A stretch of 64,000 nt of DNA from Carpediemonas membranifera BICM (Eukaryota; Protista; Fornicata). Of the stretch, positions 30,589 to 40,874 are shown piece after piece. A program made the position numbers and the translations under genes. Under the pieces are notes generated by a model. That model worked only from the letters and a program-made list of their open reading frames with translations. It was not told the origin of the DNA and did no database searches. How positions within the stretch are numbered: position 1 is the first letter of the stretch; each line of letters opens with the position of its first letter. The DNA is taken from contig JAHDYR010000069.1 of the NCBI GenBank assembly GCA_019828565.1, forward strand, positions 310,001-374,000, given 5' to 3'.

Positions 30589-30740
30589 CTTGCTAAGTTG
30601 AGCAAGCACGCGCTGCAGCGCACGTGATATGCAGCGCACGATTGATAGAGTATGATGAACCACACTGCGATCCTGATGCTGCTTGGATCACTGTGTGTTT
30701 TGGACTCAATTATTCTTATCCTGCGGGGCACACCGCAGCA

Positions 30741-32209
30741 ATGCGTGAGGTTTGTACTGCGCGACTCATCTCACCTAGGTAATAACTATCTGTGTAGGAC
30801 AATGTGGTCTACAAGTTGGCCTTGATTTTTGGACTGCTCTTGCCAAGGAAAGCTCTGTTTCCGTTGATAACGGCACCAAGCTTGACAATTCCGCCCCTGA
30901 ACCACCTATGCCATTCTTCCGCTTTGATGGAGAGAGAACATACGTTCCCAGAGCGATTTTGTTTGATCTTGAGCCCGGCGTTCTCTCTGGGAACAAAGTG
31001 GCGAGCTCCTTCTTCAATCCCGAGAACGTTGTCGACGGCCACTTCTTCGATGAGACTCTAGAAGGCGAGACCAAGGCCGCTGGTGCCGGCAACAACTGGG
31101 CGCAGGGCTACACCAAGGCTCCCCACGTCCGAAACAAGCGGGAGGAGAGCGTCATGGATATTGTCCAGAGAGAGAAAGATCTGGCTGAAGATCTTGATGG
31201 ATTCATAGTGATGCACTCAGTAGCCGGCGGGACCGGCTCAGGCATGGGCTCATGGCTTATCGAGCAGCTTCGGGCCTCCTATCCGAAGCACACGATCCAA
31301 ACAGTGTCCGTGCTTCCCAATGAAAGCGACGTGGTCACGCAGCCATACAACACAACCCTGGCGCTCCGGCGACTGATCGAGCACGCAGACGCCACACTAG
31401 TTATCGACAATCAGCGCATCCAGCAGCTCGCGGCCAGGAGACACGACGAGGGGCCCAGAGACCCCAAGGAAGTCCATAAGATCGCCAATGAGATCATCAC
31501 ACGGGTTATGCTGGGCTGGACCTCCCCCGTCCGCTTCCCGTCGACCCAGTGCGCCTCACTCACGGAGCTCGTGTCAACCCTTGTTGTCTCTCCCCGGCTT
31601 AACCTGCTCGCACCAGCTTATGCCCCACTGAACGCGGGGAGGAAGGACAACGTGGTCACTCTTATGAAGGAGTTCTGGGGCCCACATGGTCATCTGATGC
31701 CGAACTCCCAACTTGCTCTACCAGGGGGGGAGTCGAGCAGCAGCGACAGGGCAGTATCGGCAGTCACAGTGCTCCAGAACTGCAGGCAGACGTATGATGA
31801 GATCAGGATGGCGGTACGGGCGTCTGGTCCATCGTTTGCTCCATGGACGGTCCCAATGTGGTCAGTAATCACGCCCACCCTGCCCGCCATGGCGAAGAGG
31901 GACGGGAAGATGACCGCAGTCACACTAACATGCAGCACTGGCATGGCTGGCGTGCTGGACTCGGTCCGCAAAGCTTTTGACCAGATGTGGCGTCGGCCCA
32001 AGGGAGGTGCCCGCGGAGAAGAGCTGATCACAACTATGGACGCCGAGGAGCTCAAGGACATCCCGTTCATGGGCACGTACAAGGAGGCGCTGGGCGATGC
32101 TGAGTGTCTGGAGCAGTTTAGGGATGCCTACCTCGCTGTTCAGGCGGCGGCGGAAGAGTATCGGCAGGCGGCGTTTAACTCGTACATGGAGGACCTCGGG
32201 GCTATGTAA
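30741..32209 (+). CDS. TUBG: Divergent gamma-tubulin (exons 30741-30749, 30779-32209)
   Basis: A 29-nt intron (30750-30778) yields MREVITICVGQCGLQVG. Also VPRAILFDLEP, GAGNNWAQGY, HSVAGGTGSGMGS and the gamma-type SDVVTQPYN..LRRL. Confidence 0.85.
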
Positions 32210-32326
32210 CTATGTAATTGGTGTATGCTTGCGCTCGCCCGGTCGAGGGGCGGTAAATCTCGAGATTTGGGTTGATGTGATCATTTTGGCTGTTCCAACG
32301 ATCTCGAAAACCTTAAAACTGGCGAT

Positions 32327-34531
32327 ATGTCTCGATCTGGCACGAAATCGATCATTGAATCGGCTTCTGGTGACATTTTGCTCTCCTCGGACGACGATGA
32401 GTCCGATATGTCCGATGCTAGCATCATTGACGATTTAGATGACGGGGAGACGTTTATTTCGATCCATTTGAAGCAGCTAGAGCTTGTACGCAAGCTCGGT
32501 GTAGAATCCCGTGGTCTACTTCAGAATATGATCACTCAACACCAAAGGAAGGATGCCGTGGAAGTGAAAGAACTCGACGCCCTCAACACCGGCCTCTACC
32601 GCCAAGCCGAGCACTCCAAGCTATCCCTAGACATCATTGCATCCGTAGTGAACGCTACCGAGCGCGAGCGTCTCAAGAAGATGCTGCAGACAGACATGGC
32701 TCGCACCGAGCGGGATATTAACCAAAACCTCAACGCCATGCGGCTCAAGTTGGCATCAGAGTTGTTTAATAGACAGAAGGAGAGGAACAAGGACATGTAT
32801 AGCACTCTGGCAAGGGGATATAACGTCATCTCGGACTTTGGCGCGTATGTCTCCCGCTCGGGCAGGTCAGCTTTGCTCTACAACAGAGGAGCCCTGATGT
32901 CTCGGCTGGAGGGCAGTGTCACGCCTAAACGCAGGCCTGTGGTCGAAAATCTGGGTATTTATCTCAACCGCAACGACAGATCGCCCAATATTCGAGTAAC
33001 TCTGGACCATCTAGGCGGCTCGTATCGCCCAGTCGAGGGCTTGGACTGGGGCTTCGTCCGTGCCACAGACGGGCCATGGATCCTCAACGATCCATCCAAA
33101 AACGTGGCCCGCGAGCTAGTGGCAGGCCTACTCCCAGACGTGGAGCGCAGGACGGCTGATAATTGTCTAAGGGCGCTGGCGAGAGTGCTTGATGTCACAC
33201 ACCCTGGCCATCGGCTGTACAGTGACGTCGTAGCGAACCCGACCGCTGCCCTTTCCCTCTTGTCAGCGCACATTGAATCTTTATTATATCGACTAGATCC
33301 AGAGATCGGATCTTCTCTCGCCTCAATCTCCAGCTCATCCATTCCCGCAGCTGTCAAGTGTATTCTCGAACAGATTTCAGCTCGAGTCGGTCGGAGTCGC
33401 GGCTTTTACATGGAGGTGACCCTCCCGCCCCCCTTCACGGCCGACTGGGTCGTCGGTCTCGTGGGCGACGGCTCCGTCATCACCGACCACGCCGGGCTGA
33501 CGGGCCAAGGCATGGCGGTGTTGTCGGACGGTACGCTCATGAGTGACATGGGGACGGTCGAGTTGCCCGGGGGGAGTAGTTTGAGGACAACTAAGATTCT
33601 GGGACTATTCATCGACCAGCTCGACTTCAGTGTGCGGCTTTATGCGGACGGCAGGGACATGGGCGTTGTCTTCGGCACTGGCGCCGGGGTATGGCCCGAG
33701 GACGTGGCCGCCAAGCAGCTCCACTCGCTACGACGTCTGCACTACGTCCCTGCTGTGTCTATCAAGCCCCTTACCGTCCAACATCCATCGACCCCAAGCA
33801 CGGGACCGACCAAAGCAGACAAGGCAACAACACCGGGAAGCACACCGGGCAGGCCCACAACTGCTTCAGTTCCCCGGTTCCAGGTCAACTTCGGGTCCAA
33901 GCCGTTCGCCTTCCCGCCGCCAGAGTTCATGCCGTTTGACGTCACACAGGACGCCGAGGTAATGACGCTGTACACCACCACGGCATGTCTAGTGCCTCCA
34001 GAACAGACCGACCTTGCCGCGGGTGGGTTGACTAAGGCCGCGTTTGTCCAGAACCTGCAGTATGAGAGACCGAAGGGATGGTCCAAGTTCCCCCCTAAAG
34101 TGCACGAGGGAGCATCGGCCGCTATGACAATACAGCGGGCGTATAGGCGCCATATGTTGAAGAAGCGACTGTCAAGGCACAAGGAGGAGAAGGCGAGGGC
34201 TGCAGCTGTGATCGTTACGGCATGGAGGCGCTATTGGGCGAAGAAGGTCGAGGCGGCAGTGAGAATCCAGACGGCGTGGCGGGTGGTGTTGGCTAGGCAT
34301 GCTGTTAGGGAGCGGAGGGCGGTTGTCACAGAGTTTGGATCGATATCGCGTGTATATAGAGCAGCTGTAGTCATATCTAAGTCGTATCAGAGATACAGGA
34401 CCATGCTAGTCAGGAAACCGTTGGTTATCTCGTACCAGCACCCCCAACATGTGCTCTGGTACAATGCTATGCGGATCCAGCGGGCGTGGCGCTCTTATGT
34501 GTGGGTCCAGAAGCTATTAGTTCTAAAGTGA
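32327..34531 (+). CDS. SPRY-like domain and IQ-motif protein
   Basis: SPRY-like ILGLFIDQ...YVPAVSI...VNFGSKPFAFPPP; IQ motifs IQRAYRRH, IQTAWR, IQRAWRSY. Confidence 0.75.
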   Translation: MSRSGTKSIIESASGDILLSSDDDESDMSDASIIDDLDDGETFISIHLKQLELVRKLGVESRGLLQNMITQHQRKDAVEVKELDALNTGLYRQAEHSKLSLDIIASVVNATERERLKKMLQTDMARTERDINQNLNAMRLKLASELFNRQKERNKDMYSTLARGYNVISDFGAYVSRSGRSALLYNRGALMSRLEGSVTPKRRPVVENLGIYLNRNDRSPNIRVTLDHLGGSYRPVEGLDWGFVRATDGPWILNDPSKNVARELVAGLLPDVERRTADNCLRALARVLDVTHPGHRLYSDVVANPTAALSLLSAHIESLLYRLDPEIGSSLASISSSSIPAAVKCILEQISARVGRSRGFYMEVTLPPPFTADWVVGLVGDGSVITDHAGLTGQGMAVLSDGTLMSDMGTVELPGGSSLRTTKILGLFIDQLDFSVRLYADGRDMGVVFGTGAGVWPEDVAAKQLHSLRRLHYVPAVSIKPLTVQHPSTPSTGPTKADKATTPGSTPGRPTTASVPRFQVNFGSKPFAFPPPEFMPFDVTQDAEVMTLYTTTACLVPPEQTDLAAGGLTKAAFVQNLQYERPKGWSKFPPKVHEGASAAMTIQRAYRRHMLKKRLSRHKEEKARAAAVIVTAWRRYWAKKVEAAVRIQTAWRVVLARHAVRERRAVVTEFGSISRVYRAAVVISKSYQRYRTMLVRKPLVISYQHPQHVLWYNAMRIQRAWRSYVWVQKLLVLK

Positions 34532-35327
34532 GTCGCGTCACAGTCATGATTACTGTTACGATGAGATGGATGGCTCGTCCTCTGCTGTGCTCCTGTGTCA
34601 TGAACCCTTGTTGGACTCGACCATGCAGGGGACTGCCCGCTTCCTTGGCACCGTTGCTTATGCCTCAGTACTCACAAAACTTGCTTGGCGTGGGTATCGT
34701 TCATGTGTCAGCCACACCGATCATTGTCATCACTGAAGAATGATCAGGCTGACGAAAGCCGAAGTCGGCCCCGCAATGTCCGGAGAGGTCTTCCCGCTGT
34801 AGCTGTGGTTGATGCCATTAACGACCCCAAGCGCCTCAGTACCACGCCAAATCTCCGTGCACTTTAAGAATTGAGCCAGAATCGACCCAATAGGCCATTA
34901 GCTCTCTATAATGGGAAATTCCGGATCACATCACGATGCAAAGTTGATGACCTCGAAGGGCCTTGAAGATCGGCCCGAGGCCTGCAGCAATGCCTTTTTA
35001 ATCAGCCCCATGTCAGCTTCCATGATGACCGGCGAGTTTTAACGAGAAGAAAGCAGGCAGCATAAATACTCTCTTCCATTAGCGCCGATGATCTTGCTTC
35101 GTTTCGTCTCAGCATGATTTGGGAATGATTGCTTGTGTGGCCTCGTCTTGGCAAACCACAATGGCATGAGGGCAAGCTTGCCTTCAACCTACCATAGCGG
35201 CACAGTCAACTCCACCCGCCGAGTTTACAGCTGTGCTGCCGTCCACGAAGAAGACGCTTTTGTGGAAGCTCTGGAGAAGACGGTCTCCCTACCGACTTAA
35301 GACGTGAGTAGGAGGGAGACAGGGCAG

Positions 35328-35449
35328 TGTTGCGCAGTATAAACACAAAAGCCTTATTATCCGCCGGACTGTTGCGCAGTATAAACACATTGTTCGAACC
35401 TCCCAGACAGGGCCTGAAAGGAACGATCAAAGTGCCAAACTGTGCAACA
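35328..35449. repeat. Cluster of family-B mini-element ends directly 3' of Fanzor copy 2
   Basis: TGTTGCGCAGTATAAACACA exact at 35328-35347 and 35370-35389; inverted ACTGTGCAACA at 35439-35449; 35370-35397 matches the reverse complement of 45983-46011 with one indel. Confidence 0.8.
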
Positions 35450-36020
35450 TCATCCGTCCGTAGACGAATGTTGGCGGTTAGCCAATTGATGATACTGGAA
35501 TGATGTTTGAAGACGTGGGATCGATGTGCGACTGAACGGAGAGCCACTGAGCTCATCTTCCGTGGCAAGAGAACGCCACAGGATGTTCTCTGCAGCACTC
35601 TTGTCCCGATGATCAACATTCAGAGCATCAGGAACTGTTGCGCGCCACTGAGCACCACGGCACTGTGGATTTTCGCAGAGCATCACACGATGTGGGTGAA
35701 CGTGCTGGTCATCACGCGGACGAACTCGCTTGTAGGGGGCGTGGCAGTGAGGGCAGACGGCGGTGGTGCGATCCTCGTTAACTATGTTAAGATCGACGAC
35801 AATGTTATACCTCTTGAGAAGGCGTACTATCTCTCTCGCGAACTTTCGATATGGCGCACAAGGAATGAACATACCAGCAGGCGTGGTGAATCCCGAGCTC
35901 CCGTAGAAGACTTTCAGGCGAATGGGGGTGGCGATGGGATGGTGGCGACCGAACTCCCGAGCCAAGTGTTGGCCGCAGCGGGCGAAGTGCTTCTGGCGAA
36001 CTATACAAGTGTAGAAGTGA
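35450..36020 (-). pseudogene. 5'-truncated Fanzor/TnpB-like RuvC remnant
   Basis: RQKHFARCG...VFYGSS...CAPYRKFAR...VNEDRTTAVCPHC...MLCENPQC...HRDKSAAENILW, a clear paralog of 29304-30588. An upstream in-frame stop removes RuvC-I. Confidence 0.85.
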
Positions 36021-36108
36021 ATTTAATGTGGAATAGAAGACAATGAGACGACGTGTGAGTTCTTGAGTTCTTCATAGCACAAGCTTTCATGCACTATCCT
36101 GCGTAAAC

Positions 36109-37986
36109 ATGTCGTGCCCTCTTTGCGGAGCCACGGGGCATCTGTTTTCCTTCTCCAACCACATCACCAGCGGAGAATGCCAGGCTACATCTAAAGCCAA
36201 GACTATCACGCTTCGTACCGAGCACGTTTTCTCACTTGAGGACTTTACGCGCATTGTCGACGTACCACTGCTACCCCTGATCAGTGTTCTTCAGAAGTTG
36301 CCTCATCTCCGGGAATTGAACCTCTTCTATCTCACTCTCTGGGACAAACCGCTCGACAATGTCTCTTTCAGCGAGCGTGTCGGCAGCGCGCTCTCCAGTC
36401 TCCGCGGCCTTCTCTCCCATATACACCTGGGCCGAGCGTCCGAGCCCGATTTCACGTCGGATCTCGACTTTGAGCAAGTCCTCCTCAACAACATGATGGC
36501 CGATCCGCTTGGCTCGAGCGACTTTGAGAGCAGCGACGAAGATGAGGAGAGCGGCTTAGCAGAGGACGGGAGCTCGTCCAGTGACGACTACGATATGTTT
36601 GCCCCTGAGGGATCGGACGACGAGGCTGGGGAGGAGTTCTCGACCTTTCATGGCCATGGCACCATCGGTCATTTGCTGAGACGCCAGCTGTTCGGCCCTC
36701 CGCCTTCTAGGCGCCCCAGGTCTGGCGAGATGGTCATCGCCTGCCTGCCAAACCTGAAGAAACTCAACGGTGTCGTCATCACTCGAAAGCTCCGCGCCCA
36801 CTGCATGGCTCGAGCCGCACAGTTCTATAACATCGTCTCCACGCCCACAGAGCCGCCTTTCGTCCGCTCCCAACTCACCATCGCTCCACTAAGTCAGGTG
36901 ATCGCGTACCAAAGGGCCCTGGCCGAGTCGAAGCTCACGATGAGACCGGTGGTACAGTCTCTGACCGACAACAACATCACCGTGCCTATGCGCATGTGGC
37001 TGGGCAACCCCCGCATGCTCGAATACTCCCCCTTTAGTCCGGACGAGATGGCCGTTGGCACTGAGGGCGGGAACCTCGTATTGTTCAACACTCACGTCCC
37101 CAAGGCCACACTGGTGGTGGAGAACGGGAGGGAAAGGCCCAGGGCATGGTGTCCCGCCGCCCCGCTAGAGTTGGACAGGCGAGATTCGCCCATTTTCGGG
37201 ATAAGCTACTTTAGATTAGAGAGAAACGCGAATATGATCGTTGCGACGTGCGGTAATAGATTCTCTCTCTTCGACCGCCGCAAGATGTCATCCAATCCGG
37301 GAGAATACCTCCCTCTCGATTTTGTGTCTAATCCTGCACTGCCGGAGAATCATCAATTGATGTCCGCCCACACGAGCATGACAGACGAGTACATCCTAAC
37401 CGCCAGCAACAGCGGGGTGGAGGTCCACCCACTTGGCATGGCTGGGCTGGGGCCTGGTGTGACGTATGCTGCCGACGATGCCAACGTCGGCAAATGGTTC
37501 AACACGGACCCTAATTTATTCGTGGTGGCACGCACGCAGGCTAAGAAAGTGGATTTGTTTGACCGGAGAGCAGATTCGGCGATTTCCTCGATTGACCAGA
37601 TCTATCCGATTATTGCTATTCCCCGCGCAGATGACGCAGACCTTCTCATTTCCAACATGAACAATGTTGTTGAGATTTACGACATTCGTGCCGGTAAGGC
37701 CCGTTCAAGCCTGCTCGGCATCCCAACCCGCCGATCGACCAAGTCGTACTCATTTATGAGAGCCTACTACTCACAATCATCGGACATTCTTGCCGGTTGT
37801 GTTGATGATCCCACCGTGCGCTGGTTCGACCCCGACGGCAGACTCAGCGCTGAGTGGACTCTGCCAGAGACGCAGGGGGTGCAAACCATCCGTCCGGCGC
37901 CGTTTGGACAGTATGAGATGGGAGCGATCGTCAAGGGCGCGGGGGGTTATAACCTCATGGTCGCCCAGCCGGCCACGCGCGAGTAA
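36109..37986 (+). CDS. LRR plus WD40 protein (resembles plant DHU1-like DWD proteins)
   Basis: LRR (LPHLRELNL) and LRRcap (CLPNLKKLNG); propeller motifs PRMLEYSP..MAVGT, LFDRR, IYDIR, FMRAYYS. Confidence 0.65.
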   Translation: MSCPLCGATGHLFSFSNHITSGECQATSKAKTITLRTEHVFSLEDFTRIVDVPLLPLISVLQKLPHLRELNLFYLTLWDKPLDNVSFSERVGSALSSLRGLLSHIHLGRASEPDFTSDLDFEQVLLNNMMADPLGSSDFESSDEDEESGLAEDGSSSSDDYDMFAPEGSDDEAGEEFSTFHGHGTIGHLLRRQLFGPPPSRRPRSGEMVIACLPNLKKLNGVVITRKLRAHCMARAAQFYNIVSTPTEPPFVRSQLTIAPLSQVIAYQRALAESKLTMRPVVQSLTDNNITVPMRMWLGNPRMLEYSPFSPDEMAVGTEGGNLVLFNTHVPKATLVVENGRERPRAWCPAAPLELDRRDSPIFGISYFRLERNANMIVATCGNRFSLFDRRKMSSNPGEYLPLDFVSNPALPENHQLMSAHTSMTDEYILTASNSGVEVHPLGMAGLGPGVTYAADDANVGKWFNTDPNLFVVARTQAKKVDLFDRRADSAISSIDQIYPIIAIPRADDADLLISNMNNVVEIYDIRAGKARSSLLGIPTRRSTKSYSFMRAYYSQSSDILAGCVDDPTVRWFDPDGRLSAEWTLPETQGVQTIRPAPFGQYEMGAIVKGAGGYNLMVAQPATRE

Positions 37987-38051
37987 ATGGCCCAGACAGT
38001 TTATTAACGCTGAACCTCACTGCTATTGAATGGGAAGGCGGCGGCCATCAA

Positions 38052-38765
38052 CTACAGCACAGCTCTGACGACGACGACGGCGATAAAGACCCCAGTCGCG
38101 CCGAGCAGCATTCGCTTCGGGTCCGCCAGGAGTGTCTGCGTCCAGCTCGATCGAGCTTGGGTGTGTGGGCCATCAGCGGCGTTGTCTGACACGGCATTGG
38201 TTGAAAGAATAGTCTGGACCTGCTTGACGGCGCCATGCCGGGTCTTGGGCACCTGGAGATTCGGCAAAAGCATCTCATACTCGTCCAGCAGCTTGCTATA
38301 CCGCTTAGAGACCTCTGCCGTGAGTTTCCCAGCGATTCCAAGCGCGTTGGACGAGATCTCGACTGACCCCGAGAGGACGGACTTCTTAGGATCTTTCGGA
38401 TGCGGCCGCAGTGTACCCCGGTCGTGTAGGTCCGCGAATGAGCCCGTCTCCTTGCTGTGTGTGTGGAAGGAGAGCTCGTTTGCCATCACTGTGACCTCTT
38501 CCACGCCGCGTGCAACGACGCCTTCGGGAAGCTGCTTGATAGATTTTGGGATAATGGGGAGGTTCTTTGGTAGTTTGGAGTTGATGATATCGAATGAAAC
38601 GCGGTATTGAACGCTGTCTCGGCTCGTATTCACCGCTTTTCGACGAACGCCGCCGATCTTCATGCCCTTGATGCTAACATGATCCCATTTGCAATAGAAG
38701 GCCTGAACTAACTGTGTATACGGCTTGTGGAGGACGAGCTCGTATTCTCGTCTCTTGCTTTTCAT
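38052..38765 (-). CDS. PRELI/MSF1-like lipid-transfer domain with C-terminal hydrophobic anchor
   Basis: LHKPYTQLVQAFYCKW, RGVEEVTV, LRPHPKDPKKSVL; C-tail LLGATGVFIAVVVVRAVL. Confidence 0.55.
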   Translation of the reverse strand: MKSKRREYELVLHKPYTQLVQAFYCKWDHVSIKGMKIGGVRRKAVNTSRDSVQYRVSFDIINSKLPKNLPIIPKSIKQLPEGVVARGVEEVTVMANELSFHTHSKETGSFADLHDRGTLRPHPKDPKKSVLSGSVEISSNALGIAGKLTAEVSKRYSKLLDEYEMLLPNLQVPKTRHGAVKQVQTILSTNAVSDNAADGPHTQARSSWTQTLLADPKRMLLGATGVFIAVVVVRAVL

Positions 38766-38996
38766 CGTCGTGATGCCGCCAACTCGACTCAACTCGCTGC
38801 CAGCTGCCCCAGCGACCCAGGCCGGTCCAGCCCCAGTTGAGCCTGAGAGAAGGATGCTGATGACGAGATAACTAGGCCCAGAGGCCTGTGAAGCGCGCCT
38901 TGCCCAGCTTGAGCGTTCCTGCCGACTTTCTGTTGTTGAACAGTCGCCTTGGTTCCCCCAACCCCATAGCGTACCTTTACATATATCATCATAACA

Positions 38997-40754
38997 TCAT
39001 AAATCCCTGACCTCCCTCTCCAACTCTTCGATCCCATACCGCTGCTCAACAATGTCGTCCAGATCGTCGAGATCAAGCACCTCGAAATCATCATCGGTCA
39101 CATACTGATACGACGTCAAGACCTTTCCATAAGTCTCAAATGCATCACGGACATCATCGACCAGAGCGCCTTTGTTGAGAGGCGTGGAGTTAATGTGACG
39201 CTGAAGACTGGCGGTGACGTGTGAAATCAGGTCGGCCGGGTCTGAATCGCGGTCAAAGATCATGGTGATTAGGCGATCGGCAGATTCATCGGTGAATTTG
39301 TTTTTCCGACCCATGATAACCGGCAACTCTTCGGATATTCTTGAGATAATCGTGCTTATCGCCTCATCGACTGTACGCTCAAGCTCAGTGTCGTGGGAAA
39401 CAGCAGAATCCGAGTCAAATCCCGTTTCGACCGTTTGATTTGACATGGAATCTGCCGGTTCACTGTAATCATACGAGCGGTCCAAGACTAAATCTCCAGA
39501 TTTGGTCGAATCTATAACAACATCATCATCTTTCTTTCCGCTCCTCGCACTTGCAATAGCAGCCTCGATCGATCTCTCAGCAGACGAAGCGTCCGACCCT
39601 TCTGGCGAGTCAAACTCAGTGGGGACGTACGAAGGCGAGTCACTCACCAACTCCGAGGAGGAGTCATCAGCCGTCTCCGTGTCAGCCGTGTCAAACTCCA
39701 AGTCGGAGTCCTCCTGCTGTGGGGCCGGGGAGACGGGGTGGGGTTTCTGGGGTATCCGGGGTGACGTGGCGACCGCCCCGCCGCGTCTCTGGGGTGACTG
39801 GGCGATCATGGGCGTGGGTGGCTCCGAGCGGGTTTCATCGCCTCTGGGCCTCTGCTGGACTGTGCCCATGCCGTCCTTGGTGGGGGAGACGAACATGTTG
39901 TGGGTAAAGCAAGCGGCGCCAGACTCGGTGGCGATTGACAGCATGGGGTCAACCTCACCCGCGGATTTCTCCACAAAGGCGAGAATCTGGTTCCTGTCGG
40001 CCTCGGACTCGACGCCACGGAGTAGAGAGAGCAAGCTAAGGACGAAATCCATGCTGCTTTCGTCCTGGTAGGCGAGGAGTGAGAGTAAGTCGCTGGGGAT
40101 CGTGGAGATGCGGTCGCGATGGCCCAAGTCAATACGAGAGTCGTCCGCGCGAGTGTCTTCGGAGTGGGTGGAGCTCTGGTCGTCATAGGAGCGGTCTGTC
40201 GACTGTCGCCCCGTCTCGTCGTCAGTCAACTCGACTTCTCCGGTCAAATTGTGGGGTTCGGGCCAACGGCCGACGACACTCCACTCATTGGGCTTCTCAG
40301 AGAGCGAGGCTGACCTGGAGACACCTGACTGCGGGCGTCTGGCCCTGGGCTGAGTTCTTTGAGTTCTTTCGGGGGGGCCGGGGGCATGGTGCGTGTCACT
40401 CGGCGCGAAGGGAGTCCAGGCGGAGAAGAAGCGACGGCTTGCAAAGAGGCGGAAATCGCGGGGTTTTCTGGTGATAAATTCGCGGAACTCACGGATTTCC
40501 CGAGCTTCGGTGGCAGCGGCAAGGAGAGAGTGATCGAGCTCCGTCTCGGAAGGTTCATACGCGGGCTCAGGCTCACGCTCGCGTAAATCTACGCGGATGT
40601 TTGAAGAAGTGTGGAGGTTGCGCTGAAGACGCTTGGTGCCCTCAGACGCGGATGAGTCCGAATCGCCCGGGAATTGCTGCAGCTGGCCAAGATGACGCTG
40701 AAGATACTCGTCTTCAAGAGATAGAGACGGGTAGGATGGTTCAATAGCCGGCAT
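38997..40754 (-). CDS. Hypothetical acidic, low-complexity protein
   Basis: 585-aa ATG ORF rich in D/E/S; fills the gap between neighbouring genes. Confidence 0.7.
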   Translation of the reverse strand: MPAIEPSYPSLSLEDEYLQRHLGQLQQFPGDSDSSASEGTKRLQRNLHTSSNIRVDLREREPEPAYEPSETELDHSLLAAATEAREIREFREFITRKPRDFRLFASRRFFSAWTPFAPSDTHHAPGPPERTQRTQPRARRPQSGVSRSASLSEKPNEWSVVGRWPEPHNLTGEVELTDDETGRQSTDRSYDDQSSTHSEDTRADDSRIDLGHRDRISTIPSDLLSLLAYQDESSMDFVLSLLSLLRGVESEADRNQILAFVEKSAGEVDPMLSIATESGAACFTHNMFVSPTKDGMGTVQQRPRGDETRSEPPTPMIAQSPQRRGGAVATSPRIPQKPHPVSPAPQQEDSDLEFDTADTETADDSSSELVSDSPSYVPTEFDSPEGSDASSAERSIEAAIASARSGKKDDDVVIDSTKSGDLVLDRSYDYSEPADSMSNQTVETGFDSDSAVSHDTELERTVDEAISTIISRISEELPVIMGRKNKFTDESADRLITMIFDRDSDPADLISHVTASLQRHINSTPLNKGALVDDVRDAFETYGKVLTSYQYVTDDDFEVLDLDDLDDIVEQRYGIEELEREVRDL

Positions 40755-40874
40755 GTGCGTTCTTACAGCCAGTAGCGCTGGCTCCTGAAGATGTTGGGCT
40801 AATCCTGCGCGCCCGCGACAGCGCCACCCCGCCGCAGAAAAGCAGCCACAACACGAAACAGCGGCAACACCACT

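Noticed and set aside
30652-30676. Box C/D snoRNA (ATGATGA ... CTGA)
   Set aside because: No terminal D box and no recognisable rRNA complement; kept only as part of the Fanzor 3' flank.
35328-35389. True CRISPR array
   Set aside because: Only two 20-nt repeats, no cas genes, eukaryotic context, and the same sequence appears as a dispersed TSD-flanked element at 45968.
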